Of a DNA stretch of 32,000 nucleotides, positions 16,297 to 25,140 are shown piece by piece. Within the stretch, counting starts at the first letter, position 1. Every line of letters starts with the position of its first letter. The notes below the pieces were generated by a model. That model was given only the letters and a program-made list of their open reading frames with translations. It made no database searches and was not told the origin of the DNA. The position numbers and the translations under genes are program-made. The stretch is from Candidatus Nanohalobium constans (GTDB lineage Archaea > Nanohalarchaeota > Nanosalinia > Nanosalinales > Nanosalinaceae): contig NZ_CP040089.1 of NCBI RefSeq assembly GCF_009617975.1, forward strand, positions 540,001 to 572,000. Direction: 5' to 3'.

Positions 16297-16764
16297 TTAC
16301 AGACGCGGAATGAAACCTTTTAAACTCTGCCAGCTCCCACCTACATCTTGTTTTTTGTCTGTCTGTGGAAGTTGTTCAAGTTTCTGCAGTGCCTCTATCT
16401 TAGCAAGTGACTTCCTTTTGTGCAAGTCTTCTACCATTGGTTTGTCATGGATTTTTTGCCTTGCTTCCTGGAAGTTGCCTAGTTTCACTTCGTCTTCAAT
16501 ATGATTTGTCGTGAATTCTTCTATCTCTATCCTTAGTTGTTTGACATGATCGTGGTTGATGTTGTGTTCGAGTTTTCGGACGCCATTCTCTACATTCTGA
16601 GTTATTAACTCGTTTTCCAACAGTTTTTTGACAAGCTTGTCCATTCTTCCCGGTTTTATCCCTGTTTCTTCGGATAGTTCTTGTTTTGTCTTGGGTTCTT
16701 GGACTAGTTGTCTTAGGACTGTGTATGCTGCCGGGTCCAGAAGTAGTTTTTGCCAGTCCTTCAT
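16297..16764 (-). CDS. Winged-helix DNA-binding protein
   Basis: N-terminus YTVLRQLVQEPKTKQELSEETGIKPGRMDKLVKKLLENELI is wHTH-like. Ends 7 nt upstream of rplX on the same strand. Confidence 0.6.
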   Translation of the reverse strand: MKDWQKLLLDPAAYTVLRQLVQEPKTKQELSEETGIKPGRMDKLVKKLLENELITQNVENGVRKLEHNINHDHVKQLRIEIEEFTTNHIEDEVKLGNFQEARQKIHDKPMVEDLHKRKSLAKIEALQKLEQLPQTDKKQDVGGSWQSLKGFIPRL

Positions 16765-16804
16765 GGTACTGTTTTTTAGTCTTGATTGGATTTAAACTAA
16801 TGTG

Positions 16805-17611
16805 ATGACAGTTTTAGTGCATTTTTCCCACATATTGACTTTTGCAACTTTGTTCATAGCATCGATATTTGATGTCAGAAGCGAGCTCGGAGATGTACCA
16901 GACGAATTCGCAGTAACCGCGATAATAGGCGGATTAGGACTTCACGCAGCGGAAAGCTTCATTTTAGGAAGTTGGAACCCTCTCATTTATTCTGTAGTTG
17001 CAGGAACGATTTTCTCATTTTATGGCTGGTTTGCTTATTGGAAAGGTATGTGGGGCGGTGCAGACGCACTTGGATTATCAGCATTAGGTTTTGGGGCACC
17101 TTACCTCGTCCTTTCGGCATCAGGATTTATCAGCCACAGCTTCAACATGTTCTTTAACCTGGTAGCAGTAGCTTTCGTCTATACTTTGGTCTTTGCTTCA
17201 ATCAGAGCTTTGAAGAAAAAAGGATTTGGAGAACAGCTAAGAGACAAATTGTACGACGATAGGTTGAGAATAGGTTTAGAATTAGGCCTAGCTTTGGTAA
17301 TATTTGGTTTTCTAAGTCTTCAAAACGCAGCTGTGATTTATGCTGCGACAGCGTTCATGATTTTCCTTTACCGGTTTTTGCAGGTAGTTGAAGAATATGC
17401 ACTAGTTGAAGAAGTTGATGTGGATGAGTTAGACGGCGGTGAGGTTTTGAAGGAAGATGATAAGATTCGTGGAGTAAGTGAGGAGGAGATCAGTGAGTTG
17501 GATGGGACTGTGGAGGTTATGCATGGTTTGCGTTTCATGCCTGTGTTCCCTGCTGCCTTGGTTTTGACTGATGCAGGTTTTACGGTTCTTCAGTATATTA
17601 TTCTCGGTTGA
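16805..17611 (+). CDS. A24-family prepilin/preflagellin peptidase-like membrane protein
   Basis: Polytopic membrane protein with the two Asp motifs expected for FlaK/PibD-type peptidases: FDVRSELGDVPDEF and MWGGADALGLSALG. GTG at 16802, ATG at 16805. Confidence 0.6.
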   Translation: MTVLVHFSHILTFATLFIASIFDVRSELGDVPDEFAVTAIIGGLGLHAAESFILGSWNPLIYSVVAGTIFSFYGWFAYWKGMWGGADALGLSALGFGAPYLVLSASGFISHSFNMFFNLVAVAFVYTLVFASIRALKKKGFGEQLRDKLYDDRLRIGLELGLALVIFGFLSLQNAAVIYAATAFMIFLYRFLQVVEEYALVEEVDVDELDGGEVLKEDDKIRGVSEEEISELDGTVEVMHGLRFMPVFPAALVLTDAGFTVLQYIILG

Positions 17612-18164
17612 ATTCTCTGACTCTTTCCTGTATTCTTTGCTGGAAGATTGGTTTTCTGTCTTTCAGTTCTAGCATCCAGTAAGCCCACATAGCCAGTACT
17701 AGGAATGTCAGGCTCCAACTCCAGAGCACATCATGTATTAGGTCAAATGAGACTATGCCTTTTTCAGCTAGTACTACCGTGGTGTAGACTCTGATTATGT
17801 TAGCGATTATTATTACTGCTGTTCCTTGCAGCAGGTAGTTTAGGTGTTCTAGCGTTCTTTTTGTGGATGCAAATGTCAGTGCGTAGAATGCTGCTATGCT
17901 TTTCCATCCTAGGCAGTCCTGTGTTATGATGTATTCTGCTTTACTGGTTAGAAGGCTTATACCATTGACAGTTGTCTGGGTTCCTGTAGAGTTCAGCATC
18001 GCACCTATTATTTCAGCTAGAAAGCTTTGAAGGAACTCTGTGTTTGGATGTATGTACAGGATTCCCTGAAATATGGCTCCGACGACCAGTAGTTTTGCCA
18101 TGAACAGGAGTGTTTGAAAAAGCTTCTGCTGAGTCTCAGTAAATTGTTCAGAGTCAAATCTCAT
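17598..18164 (-). CDS. Exosortase/archaeosortase-family membrane protein
   Basis: Polytopic, with the family's Cys / Arg / His signature in order: ITQDCLGWKS ... IIANIIRVYT ... LIHDVLW. Its ATG overlaps the DUF460 stop (ATGA at 18161-18164). Confidence 0.65.
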   Translation of the reverse strand: MRFDSEQFTETQQKLFQTLLFMAKLLVVGAIFQGILYIHPNTEFLQSFLAEIIGAMLNSTGTQTTVNGISLLTSKAEYIITQDCLGWKSIAAFYALTFASTKRTLEHLNYLLQGTAVIIIANIIRVYTTVVLAEKGIVSFDLIHDVLWSWSLTFLVLAMWAYWMLELKDRKPIFQQRIQERVREFNRE

Positions 18165-19189
18165 CTGGAATCCTTGTAATCTTCAATTATGGATTCAAAG
18201 TTTTTAGGTTCTGGGAAGGATTCTACCAGGTAGAAATCGCTTAGTTCAACGCCCTCTACCCTGTCTACATGGTATATGTTGCAGCCGCGGTTCTCCAAGA
18301 CCTCTATCAGATCTTTATTTCTGGTTACTGCTTTTTCAGGTACTTCTTCAACCGACTTATCGACTACACGGACGAGGTCACGGTCCTCGTGGAAGATTTT
18401 CCGGACTGCTTTCCTGTACTGTTTTTCTCTTATCCTGTAATCGCTTATTTCCTCTTCAAGCTCTTCAATTTCCTGATTCTTTCTTTTGATCTCTGCCTCC
18501 CGCTTCTGAACCTCTTCCTCTTTCCTAACCTCTTTCCGCTCCTCATCTCTCAGCCGGCTTAACTTAGCCCTAAGGCTTTCCTTCTCACTTCTCTCTTCAC
18601 CAAGTTCAGATTTCAGCCGTTGAACCTGTTCCTCAAGGTTTTCAACCTTTTTCTCCAAACGCTTTTTCTCAGGATCCACGTCATCACCAGATCCAGAAGC
18701 TTCTCCAGCTTCACCATACTCATCAGGTTCCTCTGGCGTCGCATCCTCAGATTTTCTTACAGGCTCGCCTTCGAAGACCTTCTCAGCTACCTCTATCTTA
18801 TCCCGGTTTAACTGGCTTTTCAACTTGTTAATCTTCCGTATCTCTTTATGAAGCTGTTTTTGGGCATGTACCGCAGAGGCCAGTGCATCTAGCTCGTGAC
18901 TGTTGGCTCCTTTCCCAAGTCTTTTCTTCCGATCCTGGGAAAGGTCTTCTTCCGGCTCAAAAGTTTTTGCACCAAGTGATGAAGAAATCTTGTCCACTTT
19001 ACTCGGTGTCTTGCCTTTGTCGGATGCTACTACGACCGGTTTGCCAACTTTGATGAGTCTCTGGATTATTTCGCGCGGCGGAAAGTTTTTACCTGATTCC
19101 AGAAGTTCTACCTCTCCGTCTAGTGTTACTGCTGCGACTGCGGATGTGCTTCCAGGGTCTACTCCGACTATAAGCGGTTTTTTAGCCAT
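18161..19189 (-). CDS. DUF460 / COG2433 protein (RuvC/YqgF-like RNase H fold plus central coiled coil)
   Basis: LIVGVDPGSTSAVAAVTLDGEVELLES...GKPVVVASDKGKTPSKVDKISSSLGAKTFEPEEDL...NSHELDALASAVHA matches the conserved DUF460 N-terminal domain as I recall it. A Glu/Lys/Arg-rich coiled coil follows. Its ATG overlaps the Hef stop (TAATG at 19187-19191). Confidence 0.8.
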   Translation of the reverse strand: MAKKPLIVGVDPGSTSAVAAVTLDGEVELLESGKNFPPREIIQRLIKVGKPVVVASDKGKTPSKVDKISSSLGAKTFEPEEDLSQDRKKRLGKGANSHELDALASAVHAQKQLHKEIRKINKLKSQLNRDKIEVAEKVFEGEPVRKSEDATPEEPDEYGEAGEASGSGDDVDPEKKRLEKKVENLEEQVQRLKSELGEERSEKESLRAKLSRLRDEERKEVRKEEEVQKREAEIKRKNQEIEELEEEISDYRIREKQYRKAVRKIFHEDRDLVRVVDKSVEEVPEKAVTRNKDLIEVLENRGCNIYHVDRVEGVELSDFYLVESFPEPKNFESIIEDYKDSR

Positions 19190-21366
19190 TATTCGTAGTT
19201 TCGTGTTGCATAGTCCGTGATTTTGTCGGCTGTTTTCTGACCGATTCCATCAACTTCCTGTAACTCTCCACTACTTGCTGTGAATACTTTCCGAACAGTG
19301 CCAAATTCTTCTAGAAGCCTCTCCGCAATCTTTGTATTCACATCAGGGATTCCTGAGACAATAAACTCCATAGTTTCCTCAGGAGTCATACCGCTCTTGG
19401 TTCCTCTGACCTGTACATCCCGATCTTTATCCTTCTGTTCTCGCTTCGCCAGCGACTTCAATGTCTCAGCTGTGTCATCCTCATCCTGCGTCCAGATAAT
19501 AGGCACACCATAGTCTAGAGCCATACTGGAAATAGCGCCTCTGATGGCTTCAGGAGCGATATCACGATGATGATACAGATTCTTTCCCTCGATAATCACG
19601 ATAGGATTCTCAAACTGAGTAATCTCCTGCAACTGGTCAAACAAACGATTATCAATTATAGAATCAACAAAGTCAGCTGCCTCCTTCCTCTCCACACCGG
19701 TACGATCAGAAACAATAAAGTCAGCTACATCAAGGCGTTTCTTCTCAACTTCTATATCGCTGCGAGAAAGCTCCTTCGCGATGCTGTTCTCACGGTCATC
19801 TGCTACGACCTTGATTCCATCATCTTTCTCTTCAGCTTGATCTTCTTTCTTTTCCTCATTATAACTATCCAGTTTCCTCTGATCGAGGTCGTCCTCACGC
19901 TCCTCTATCTCATCAGAGTTCTTCAACTCCTTCAAGGTCTTCTTCATGTTCTTCTTCTTGTGATGAGCACTCCAGTAGTATCCCTCATCCCTTGTATCCT
20001 CCGCTATAAGTACTGTGACCTCTCCTTCCTCCTGTCTACCTGTTCTACCCGCTCTCTGAATATCACGGACAGCAGAAGGCACAGGCTCATAGAACAAGAC
20101 TTTATCTACCGCAGGGATGTCCAATCCTTCTTCTCCTATCGATGTAGATACCAGGACATTGTGTTCGCCATCATCGAATTCTGAGAGTGTTTCTATCTGT
20201 TCTGTCTGGCTCATTCCATCGTCTCCTTGCTGCCCGATAAACTTGACAGGCTTAAGTCCTTCCTCTTCAAGTTCTTCTAGTATTTTGTCGGCAGTGGCAC
20301 GATACTCGGTGAATACGATCGCTTTTTCATCTCCGGAAAGGTCAGATAGGAGTTCTCGCGTCTTATCAATTTTCGGATGTTCTTCTCCTTTCTTTCTCAG
20401 GTATTCGATTAAAGATTTGGCTTTGAGGAAGTCCTCGTCTTCTAGTGCTCTGGCAGCGGCCTTAGAATCGTCGTTGTCCAGTCCTCTGATGTAGTCGTAG
20501 GCCTGGCTGACTCCTTGAGTCTGAAGTAGTTCGATAGCTTGAGACATCTTCAAGGCTGTTGCAACATGTGAAATTGCAGAATAGAGTTTAGGGTCATCAG
20601 TCGAGGAAAGTTTTGAGGACAACTTACCTCTTAGATTCAGTAAATCAGTTTTCTGAACATTATTTATGGAGTCTAGCTGATCCAGTTTCTGAAGCTTCTT
20701 CAACTGGGTTCTCTTGGCATCTTCCATCTTTTTGTTGGCAGTCTGGAAGCGGTTGTCAAGCGATACTCTCTTCCAGTTGACCTCTTTGTCTTCTATGTAT
20801 GGTTCTACATCTGGGTCGTCTTCAGTCCTGATTTCAAAGTTGTTTATTTCCAGGTTGTCAGCGACCTCCATGATTTTTTCCTTGTCGCCCCCTGGAGAGG
20901 CCGTTAGTGCCAGTTTTTGACATGATGTTTTCTCTGATATAAAGTTGTAGGCGTAGTCTCCTGTTGCTCGATGTGCTTCGTCGAATATAACCAGTGAGAA
21001 GTCTTCGAACGGTATTTTTCCTGAGATTATGTCGTTTTCTACTATCTGTGGTGTTGCGAAGAATGCCTGTTTTTCCTGCCAGAGTTTTTCTCTCTTGGCT
21101 GGCCTTGTGTCGCCTGTCATTACCTTTAACTGGTCTTCAGGTATGTCTAGGAACTTGTTGAATTCTCTTTTGTGTTGTTGAACTAGTGGTTTGGTTGGTG
21201 CGAGAAACAGTGTTTTTCCTTTGTCTAGTTTTTGGGATGCTACCATGAGTGCGATCATGGTTTTTCCTAGTCCTGTGGGTAGGACGACTAAGGTGTTTTG
21301 GTCGCGGCTTGATGCTGCGATTACTTCCTGATATGTCCGGCTTTCTATTTCTTCTGTCTTTAGCAC
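19189..21366 (-). CDS. hef: Hef: SF2 helicase fused to ERCC4/XPF nuclease and a HhH2 domain
   Basis: GTG start. Helicase motifs PTGLGKT, FDEAH, SASPG, TSIGEEGLDIP, QRAGRTGR. Nuclease motif VADFIVSDRTGVERKEAADF. C-terminal GELQEVDGIGQKTADKI is helix-hairpin-helix. Confidence 0.9.
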   Translation of the reverse strand: MLKTEEIESRTYQEVIAASSRDQNTLVVLPTGLGKTMIALMVASQKLDKGKTLFLAPTKPLVQQHKREFNKFLDIPEDQLKVMTGDTRPAKREKLWQEKQAFFATPQIVENDIISGKIPFEDFSLVIFDEAHRATGDYAYNFISEKTSCQKLALTASPGGDKEKIMEVADNLEINNFEIRTEDDPDVEPYIEDKEVNWKRVSLDNRFQTANKKMEDAKRTQLKKLQKLDQLDSINNVQKTDLLNLRGKLSSKLSSTDDPKLYSAISHVATALKMSQAIELLQTQGVSQAYDYIRGLDNDDSKAAARALEDEDFLKAKSLIEYLRKKGEEHPKIDKTRELLSDLSGDEKAIVFTEYRATADKILEELEEEGLKPVKFIGQQGDDGMSQTEQIETLSEFDDGEHNVLVSTSIGEEGLDIPAVDKVLFYEPVPSAVRDIQRAGRTGRQEEGEVTVLIAEDTRDEGYYWSAHHKKKNMKKTLKELKNSDEIEEREDDLDQRKLDSYNEEKKEDQAEEKDDGIKVVADDRENSIAKELSRSDIEVEKKRLDVADFIVSDRTGVERKEAADFVDSIIDNRLFDQLQEITQFENPIVIIEGKNLYHHRDIAPEAIRGAISSMALDYGVPIIWTQDEDDTAETLKSLAKREQKDKDRDVQVRGTKSGMTPEETMEFIVSGIPDVNTKIAERLLEEFGTVRKVFTASSGELQEVDGIGQKTADKITDYATRNYE

Positions 21367-21403
21367 GGATAAGTGTTGTGTAGGGAATTTTCTTAACGCT
21401 TCC

Positions 21404-21919
21404 CTAGTTTAATGCGAAGTCGTCTTGCGGTGTTTCCATTGATTGTAGGAGTTTGAATCCTACCATAGCCGCTACGAAAAATATTCCGGAAGCCTTCAGA
21501 GTAACTTCGTTGATAGGTGTACTTGTCTTGATCAGGATTACGCCGATATATGCTAATGTGTAGACTACACCTGAGGAGGATACTACGAAGGCTACTGTTT
21601 CACTCCATTTATGGTAGAAGTCCATGTACCCTATGAATATTCCGGTTCCTATGAGGCTGTAGGCTGCGTATTCTTCCATGCGGCTTAGGCTTGGTGTTGT
21701 CATTAGGAGTGTTACTCCTGTTGTTACCCAGATTATCGCGTTTCCAACCGATGTGTTCCATCCGAGGTCTTCTCGTGTGTGTTTGCCGAAGTAGAGTTCT
21801 ATGACCAGTCCGCCGAGAATTAAGGGGAGTACGGTTGGGAGTATATCAGGCTGTTTAATTGGTGTAAGTATGAATGATTTTAGAACTTCTTGAACTGTTT
21901 GACTTTGGGTAGTTAGCAT
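21404..21919 (-). CDS. Integral membrane protein, unknown function
   Basis: 171 aa with about 5 hydrophobic segments. Lies 13 nt downstream of the ATPase gene. Confidence 0.6.
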   Translation of the reverse strand: MLTTQSQTVQEVLKSFILTPIKQPDILPTVLPLILGGLVIELYFGKHTREDLGWNTSVGNAIIWVTTGVTLLMTTPSLSRMEEYAAYSLIGTGIFIGYMDFYHKWSETVAFVVSSSGVVYTLAYIGVILIKTSTPINEVTLKASGIFFVAAMVGFKLLQSMETPQDDFALN

Positions 21920-21932
21920 TTCTTAATCACTT

Positions 21933-23195
21933 CTAGTCTGTGAATGCGTCCGGTGTTCCTCCTGCGTGCCATGATTTTCTTGGTCGCATCTGGATAGGGA
22001 AGATTCTCTCAGAGTTGTCGTCTAGTATCAGGCCTGTACCTGTTCTGTCGGGTAGCGCGTCGATGTAGTGTTGGATGTCGTGTCGCATGTATGTCTGCAT
22101 TATTTCTCCTAGTGCATCGATATCCTGTTTGGCTGTAAGTCTGTGTGAGAGAACTATGTCACATTGGGAAAGTGCGTTCGGATGAAGTTTTGCCGGTTGC
22201 TGAGTCGCCAGTACAAGCGACACTCCTGGCTCTCTACCGATCTTCACCCATCTCAGAAGCGGATGTGTTGCCGGAGTCTCGCCTTTAGCTGGCAGGAACT
22301 GGTGGGCTTCGTCAATCATCATCCATACTATAGGCATTTCGTTCTCTGAGATGCCTTCCATCTCCTCAAGTTCTTCAACCCTGCGGGCCTCCATCCTCTG
22401 TCTTAGTATTCTTTTAGCGAGTAATCCTACTACAAGGCTTCTGATAGACCAACCCGAACTCATCTCCCCGAAGACAGAGACATCGATCACGGAAAGCTCT
22501 CCTCTCTCCGTAAACTTGCCAAGAGAAGATTCTTCGCCGAATATACCCCAGTCTTTAGCATTTCTTAACCTGTTTTCCAGGTTCTTCTTGATGTGTTCAT
22601 CGAATTCGAATTTGTGAGTGCCTTTGATGATATGGTCTAAGTTATAATCTACTCCCGACCTATCAGAAAGTTCCGAGATAATTCGGTCGAGTAAAATACC
22701 TGTTTCAGAGTTAATATCAATATTTAATGCCATCGCCCATTCAGAAGCAGTTAATTCACCTGGGTTAACCGTGAAAGTATCGTCATAGGGCATCTCATTC
22801 TGTTCAAAGCTTTGAACCTTTCCCTCAGGAATATACACATTTACATCGAACGCCTCAGGCTTCTCATCCCAGCCCTCCAGCATCGAAGCAGCCCTGTCAT
22901 TCGGATGCTTCATAGACCAGTAAATACCCATAGAATCAATTATAACAGTAGAACAATTCTGGGCAACACTTGAAGTCTGAATCTCTTCCGCAATAGTCCC
23001 GAGCGAGTACGATTTACCAGTTCCTCTCTTCCCAAAGACCCCCATGACATGAGGTCGGGCGATATCAAAGTAAACTGTGTTGGCAGTATGGGCTTCTTCG
23101 TTTTCACCGACAAGATGTTTTCCAATTTTGCCGGTGCCCTCAAGGCCGTACTTCTGTTTATCTTCTTCATCTCTTCCGACTGTTATCTTAGGCAT
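21933..23195 (-). CDS. HerA/FtsK-superfamily P-loop ATPase (COG0433-like, no HAS barrel)
   Basis: Walker A GVFGKRGTGKSYS. Walker B with the following acid, VWMMIDEAHQF. REPGVSLVLATQQP and LSQCDIVLSHRL match the HerA-type sensor/arginine-finger blocks. TTG at 23198, ATG at 23195. Confidence 0.8.
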   Translation of the reverse strand: MPKITVGRDEEDKQKYGLEGTGKIGKHLVGENEEAHTANTVYFDIARPHVMGVFGKRGTGKSYSLGTIAEEIQTSSVAQNCSTVIIDSMGIYWSMKHPNDRAASMLEGWDEKPEAFDVNVYIPEGKVQSFEQNEMPYDDTFTVNPGELTASEWAMALNIDINSETGILLDRIISELSDRSGVDYNLDHIIKGTHKFEFDEHIKKNLENRLRNAKDWGIFGEESSLGKFTERGELSVIDVSVFGEMSSGWSIRSLVVGLLAKRILRQRMEARRVEELEEMEGISENEMPIVWMMIDEAHQFLPAKGETPATHPLLRWVKIGREPGVSLVLATQQPAKLHPNALSQCDIVLSHRLTAKQDIDALGEIMQTYMRHDIQHYIDALPDRTGTGLILDDNSERIFPIQMRPRKSWHAGGTPDAFTD

Positions 23196-23230
23196 CAACT
23201 AGAGTTTGGGCGAGCTCGGGTTTAAAGATT

Positions 23231-23845
23231 TCAGAGGACTGAAAGTATCATTGCGATTATTGTCAATCCCATGAATATTAGCCATGTGAATCCTGTCCAT
23301 AGCATGATGTATGCACCGTCAAGTTTTCCGCAGATTCCTTTCTCAGCGTCAAGAGGCAATAATTGGAAGAATGTAAATAATGCTATCATCTCTGCTAGAA
23401 TGTTGTAATCTCCCAGAAATGCTAGTGCCCAAATGACTAGAAGCGATGTTATACCTGCTGATGCCAGCCAGTACTCTCTTTTCGCCCAGATAGCATCAAT
23501 CCCTTTTCCCCAATGCTGATGACTCTCCACGGAGAAACTGGAAAAAACAGGTACTAAGAACACAAGACTAAAAGAGGAGATATATGACAGCATCGCAACC
23601 ACCAATGTAGTTACAGCGCCGCTCCGAGAAACTTCTGAACTAACTTCTGCCTCCATACTCTGTGCAACCATTCTTTGACCTATCTCACGGGCTGAAACAG
23701 TAATTAAACCGAAAAAGAGTAGTGTCAGCATAGGAATAGGAGAAGTAACTGTCTTGTAGGCTGCGAATGCAGCACCGACTACTACTCCCGAGATCAGGAT
23801 ATTCCTTAGATCTTCGGCGGAAAATTGGAAGCCTGTCGGTGCCAT
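23231..23845 (-). CDS. Polytopic membrane protein, site-2-protease (M50)-like but lacking HExxH
   Basis: The N-terminus FSAEDLRNILISGVVVGAAF and overall topology resemble archaeal M50 proteins. The position of HExxH reads AREIGQRMVA (RExxQ). The assignment is tentative. Confidence 0.45.
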   Translation of the reverse strand: MAPTGFQFSAEDLRNILISGVVVGAAFAAYKTVTSPIPMLTLLFFGLITVSAREIGQRMVAQSMEAEVSSEVSRSGAVTTLVVAMLSYISSFSLVFLVPVFSSFSVESHQHWGKGIDAIWAKREYWLASAGITSLLVIWALAFLGDYNILAEMIALFTFFQLLPLDAEKGICGKLDGAYIMLWTGFTWLIFMGLTIIAMILSVL

Positions 23846-23877
23846 CAAGTCATAATTCGAAAGACTTGGCTTAAAAA

Positions 23878-24357
23878 CTAGGTGAACATCTCCATCATAT
23901 TCTCCCTCAGGTCGTAATCCTCAGAGTCACGGAAAATCTCCGGAAACTCTCTGATCTCATCCAAGTGAAGACCTGTTTCACCATTCTCATAAGCAGCTCG
24001 TAAATCACTCCACGGCACCATATAAGCCTTCCTAGCCTTTCCACGACCACGCTTAAACTCGACCGCTAGAAAGCCCTTCCGACCGGAACGATCGATGAAA
24101 TCAGATATCCTCTCAACCTGATGACCGCCATTACTGGTAGAGAAATGCTGAGTGAAATACAGTTTATTTGTAGAATCAACTTTGACAGACTTGTTCTCTA
24201 TCGCCAGGTAAAATGTCTCATGAGGCGAATCAACCAAAACATCACATAACTGGCTGGAAAAACGGTGTTGCTTCTTCCTATGCGCGATGCCTTCAATCTC
24301 CTCTTCCTCAAAGAAATCATTAAACGAATTTACTAACGCTCTCTCAAAGTCTGTCAT
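23878..24357 (-). CDS. PD-(D/E)xK nuclease, Hjc (Holliday-junction resolvase)-like
   Basis: FERALVNSF..., then LCDVLVDSP...FYLAIENKSVK (D ... ExK), then RSGRKGFLAVEFK. The order and spacing are those of archaeal Hjc-type resolvases. At 159 aa it is somewhat longer than typical Hjc. Confidence 0.5.
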   Translation of the reverse strand: MTDFERALVNSFNDFFEEEEIEGIAHRKKQHRFSSQLCDVLVDSPHETFYLAIENKSVKVDSTNKLYFTQHFSTSNGGHQVERISDFIDRSGRKGFLAVEFKRGRGKARKAYMVPWSDLRAAYENGETGLHLDEIREFPEIFRDSEDYDLRENMMEMFT

Positions 24358-24393
24358 ATTAACTATGTTACAAGCAGTAAAATTTAACCTTTA

Positions 24394-25140
24394 TCAGAAG
24401 CTGTTCAATCCTTTCTGACTTGGTTGCTTCAAGACTTTCCCAGAAGTCATCGCCATCGCCACCCTACCATTAGAAACAATCTGCCCCTTCACTGACTGGA
24501 CTTCTCCCTCCAGCAAGCCCTTCCTGGAAAAATCTCCTTTAAGATGTGGATAGACTGTAAGTTCCTGAACATCCATAACTGCTGTGTCAAAGCCGTTCTC
24601 TTCTAGAATTTCCTGAAGCCTGGAAGGATTTCGTGGATCGGAAGTCTTCCTCTCCTTCCTAATCCTCTGAGTAATCTTACCCGTCGTGAAATCTTCCTCC
24701 TTCTCCAGTGCCTCATTTGAAGTTAAACCCGAGAATATTTCCGCTCCATAATCCGCTCCCTGCTCAATCCACCTCCTAGGAATCTTCTCCTTCCTCGTCA
24801 CACCAACTTTGACCTCTTCTCCGATCTGGGCTAGGTAGACTGAGAACTCGCCATCTAAATCGTTTTGCTCCCCACGGACATAGCCTGAGTAAATATCTTT
24901 TCCTCGGCATTCAGGGCACTGAGAGCCTTTCTGTATCTTCCGGAATTCCGGACAAGGAGCTCTCTCACCAGGTTTAGGAGCGTACCCAGTACACCTTCTC
25001 TCATTGGAAACCTCATAGGAAAGTCCTCTACCAGGTTCTAAACCTCTCTTCTCGAATCCTTCTTCCGTGGCGAGGAATAGCTGGGTCTTCCATTCTCCTT
25101 CAGAATCTTGCTTCCACTGTACTTTGATTATCGACTTCAT
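24394..25140 (-). CDS. Zn-ribbon protein with C-terminal PIP-box-like tail (QKGLNSF*)
   Basis: Cys cluster RRCTGY...APCPEF...SQCPECRG. Then FSVYLAQIGEEVKVGVTRKEKIPRRWIEQGA, which resembles DUF2797 / T5orf172-type (GIY-YIG-clan-like) cores from memory. Ends ...KQPSQKGLNSF. ATG at 25140 (TTG at 25143). Confidence 0.6.
   Translation of the reverse strand: MKSIIKVQWKQDSEGEWKTQLFLATEEGFEKRGLEPGRGLSYEVSNERRCTGYAPKPGERAPCPEFRKIQKGSQCPECRGKDIYSGYVRGEQNDLDGEFSVYLAQIGEEVKVGVTRKEKIPRRWIEQGADYGAEIFSGLTSNEALEKEEDFTTGKITQRIRKERKTSDPRNPSRLQEILEENGFDTAVMDVQELTVYPHLKGDFSRKGLLEGEVQSVKGQIVSNGRVAMAMTSGKVLKQPSQKGLNSF

Noticed and set aside
19280-20920. Several plus-strand ORFs of 68-205 aa antisense to hef (similar cases occur antisense to srp54 at 11289-12187, ftsY/pfdA at 14877-15922, and Nudix at 30407-31364)
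   Set aside because: These are Ser/Leu/Phe-rich shadow ORFs inside well-supported genes, with no motifs. They are a typical by-product of GA-rich (Glu/Lys/Asp) coding on the opposite strand.
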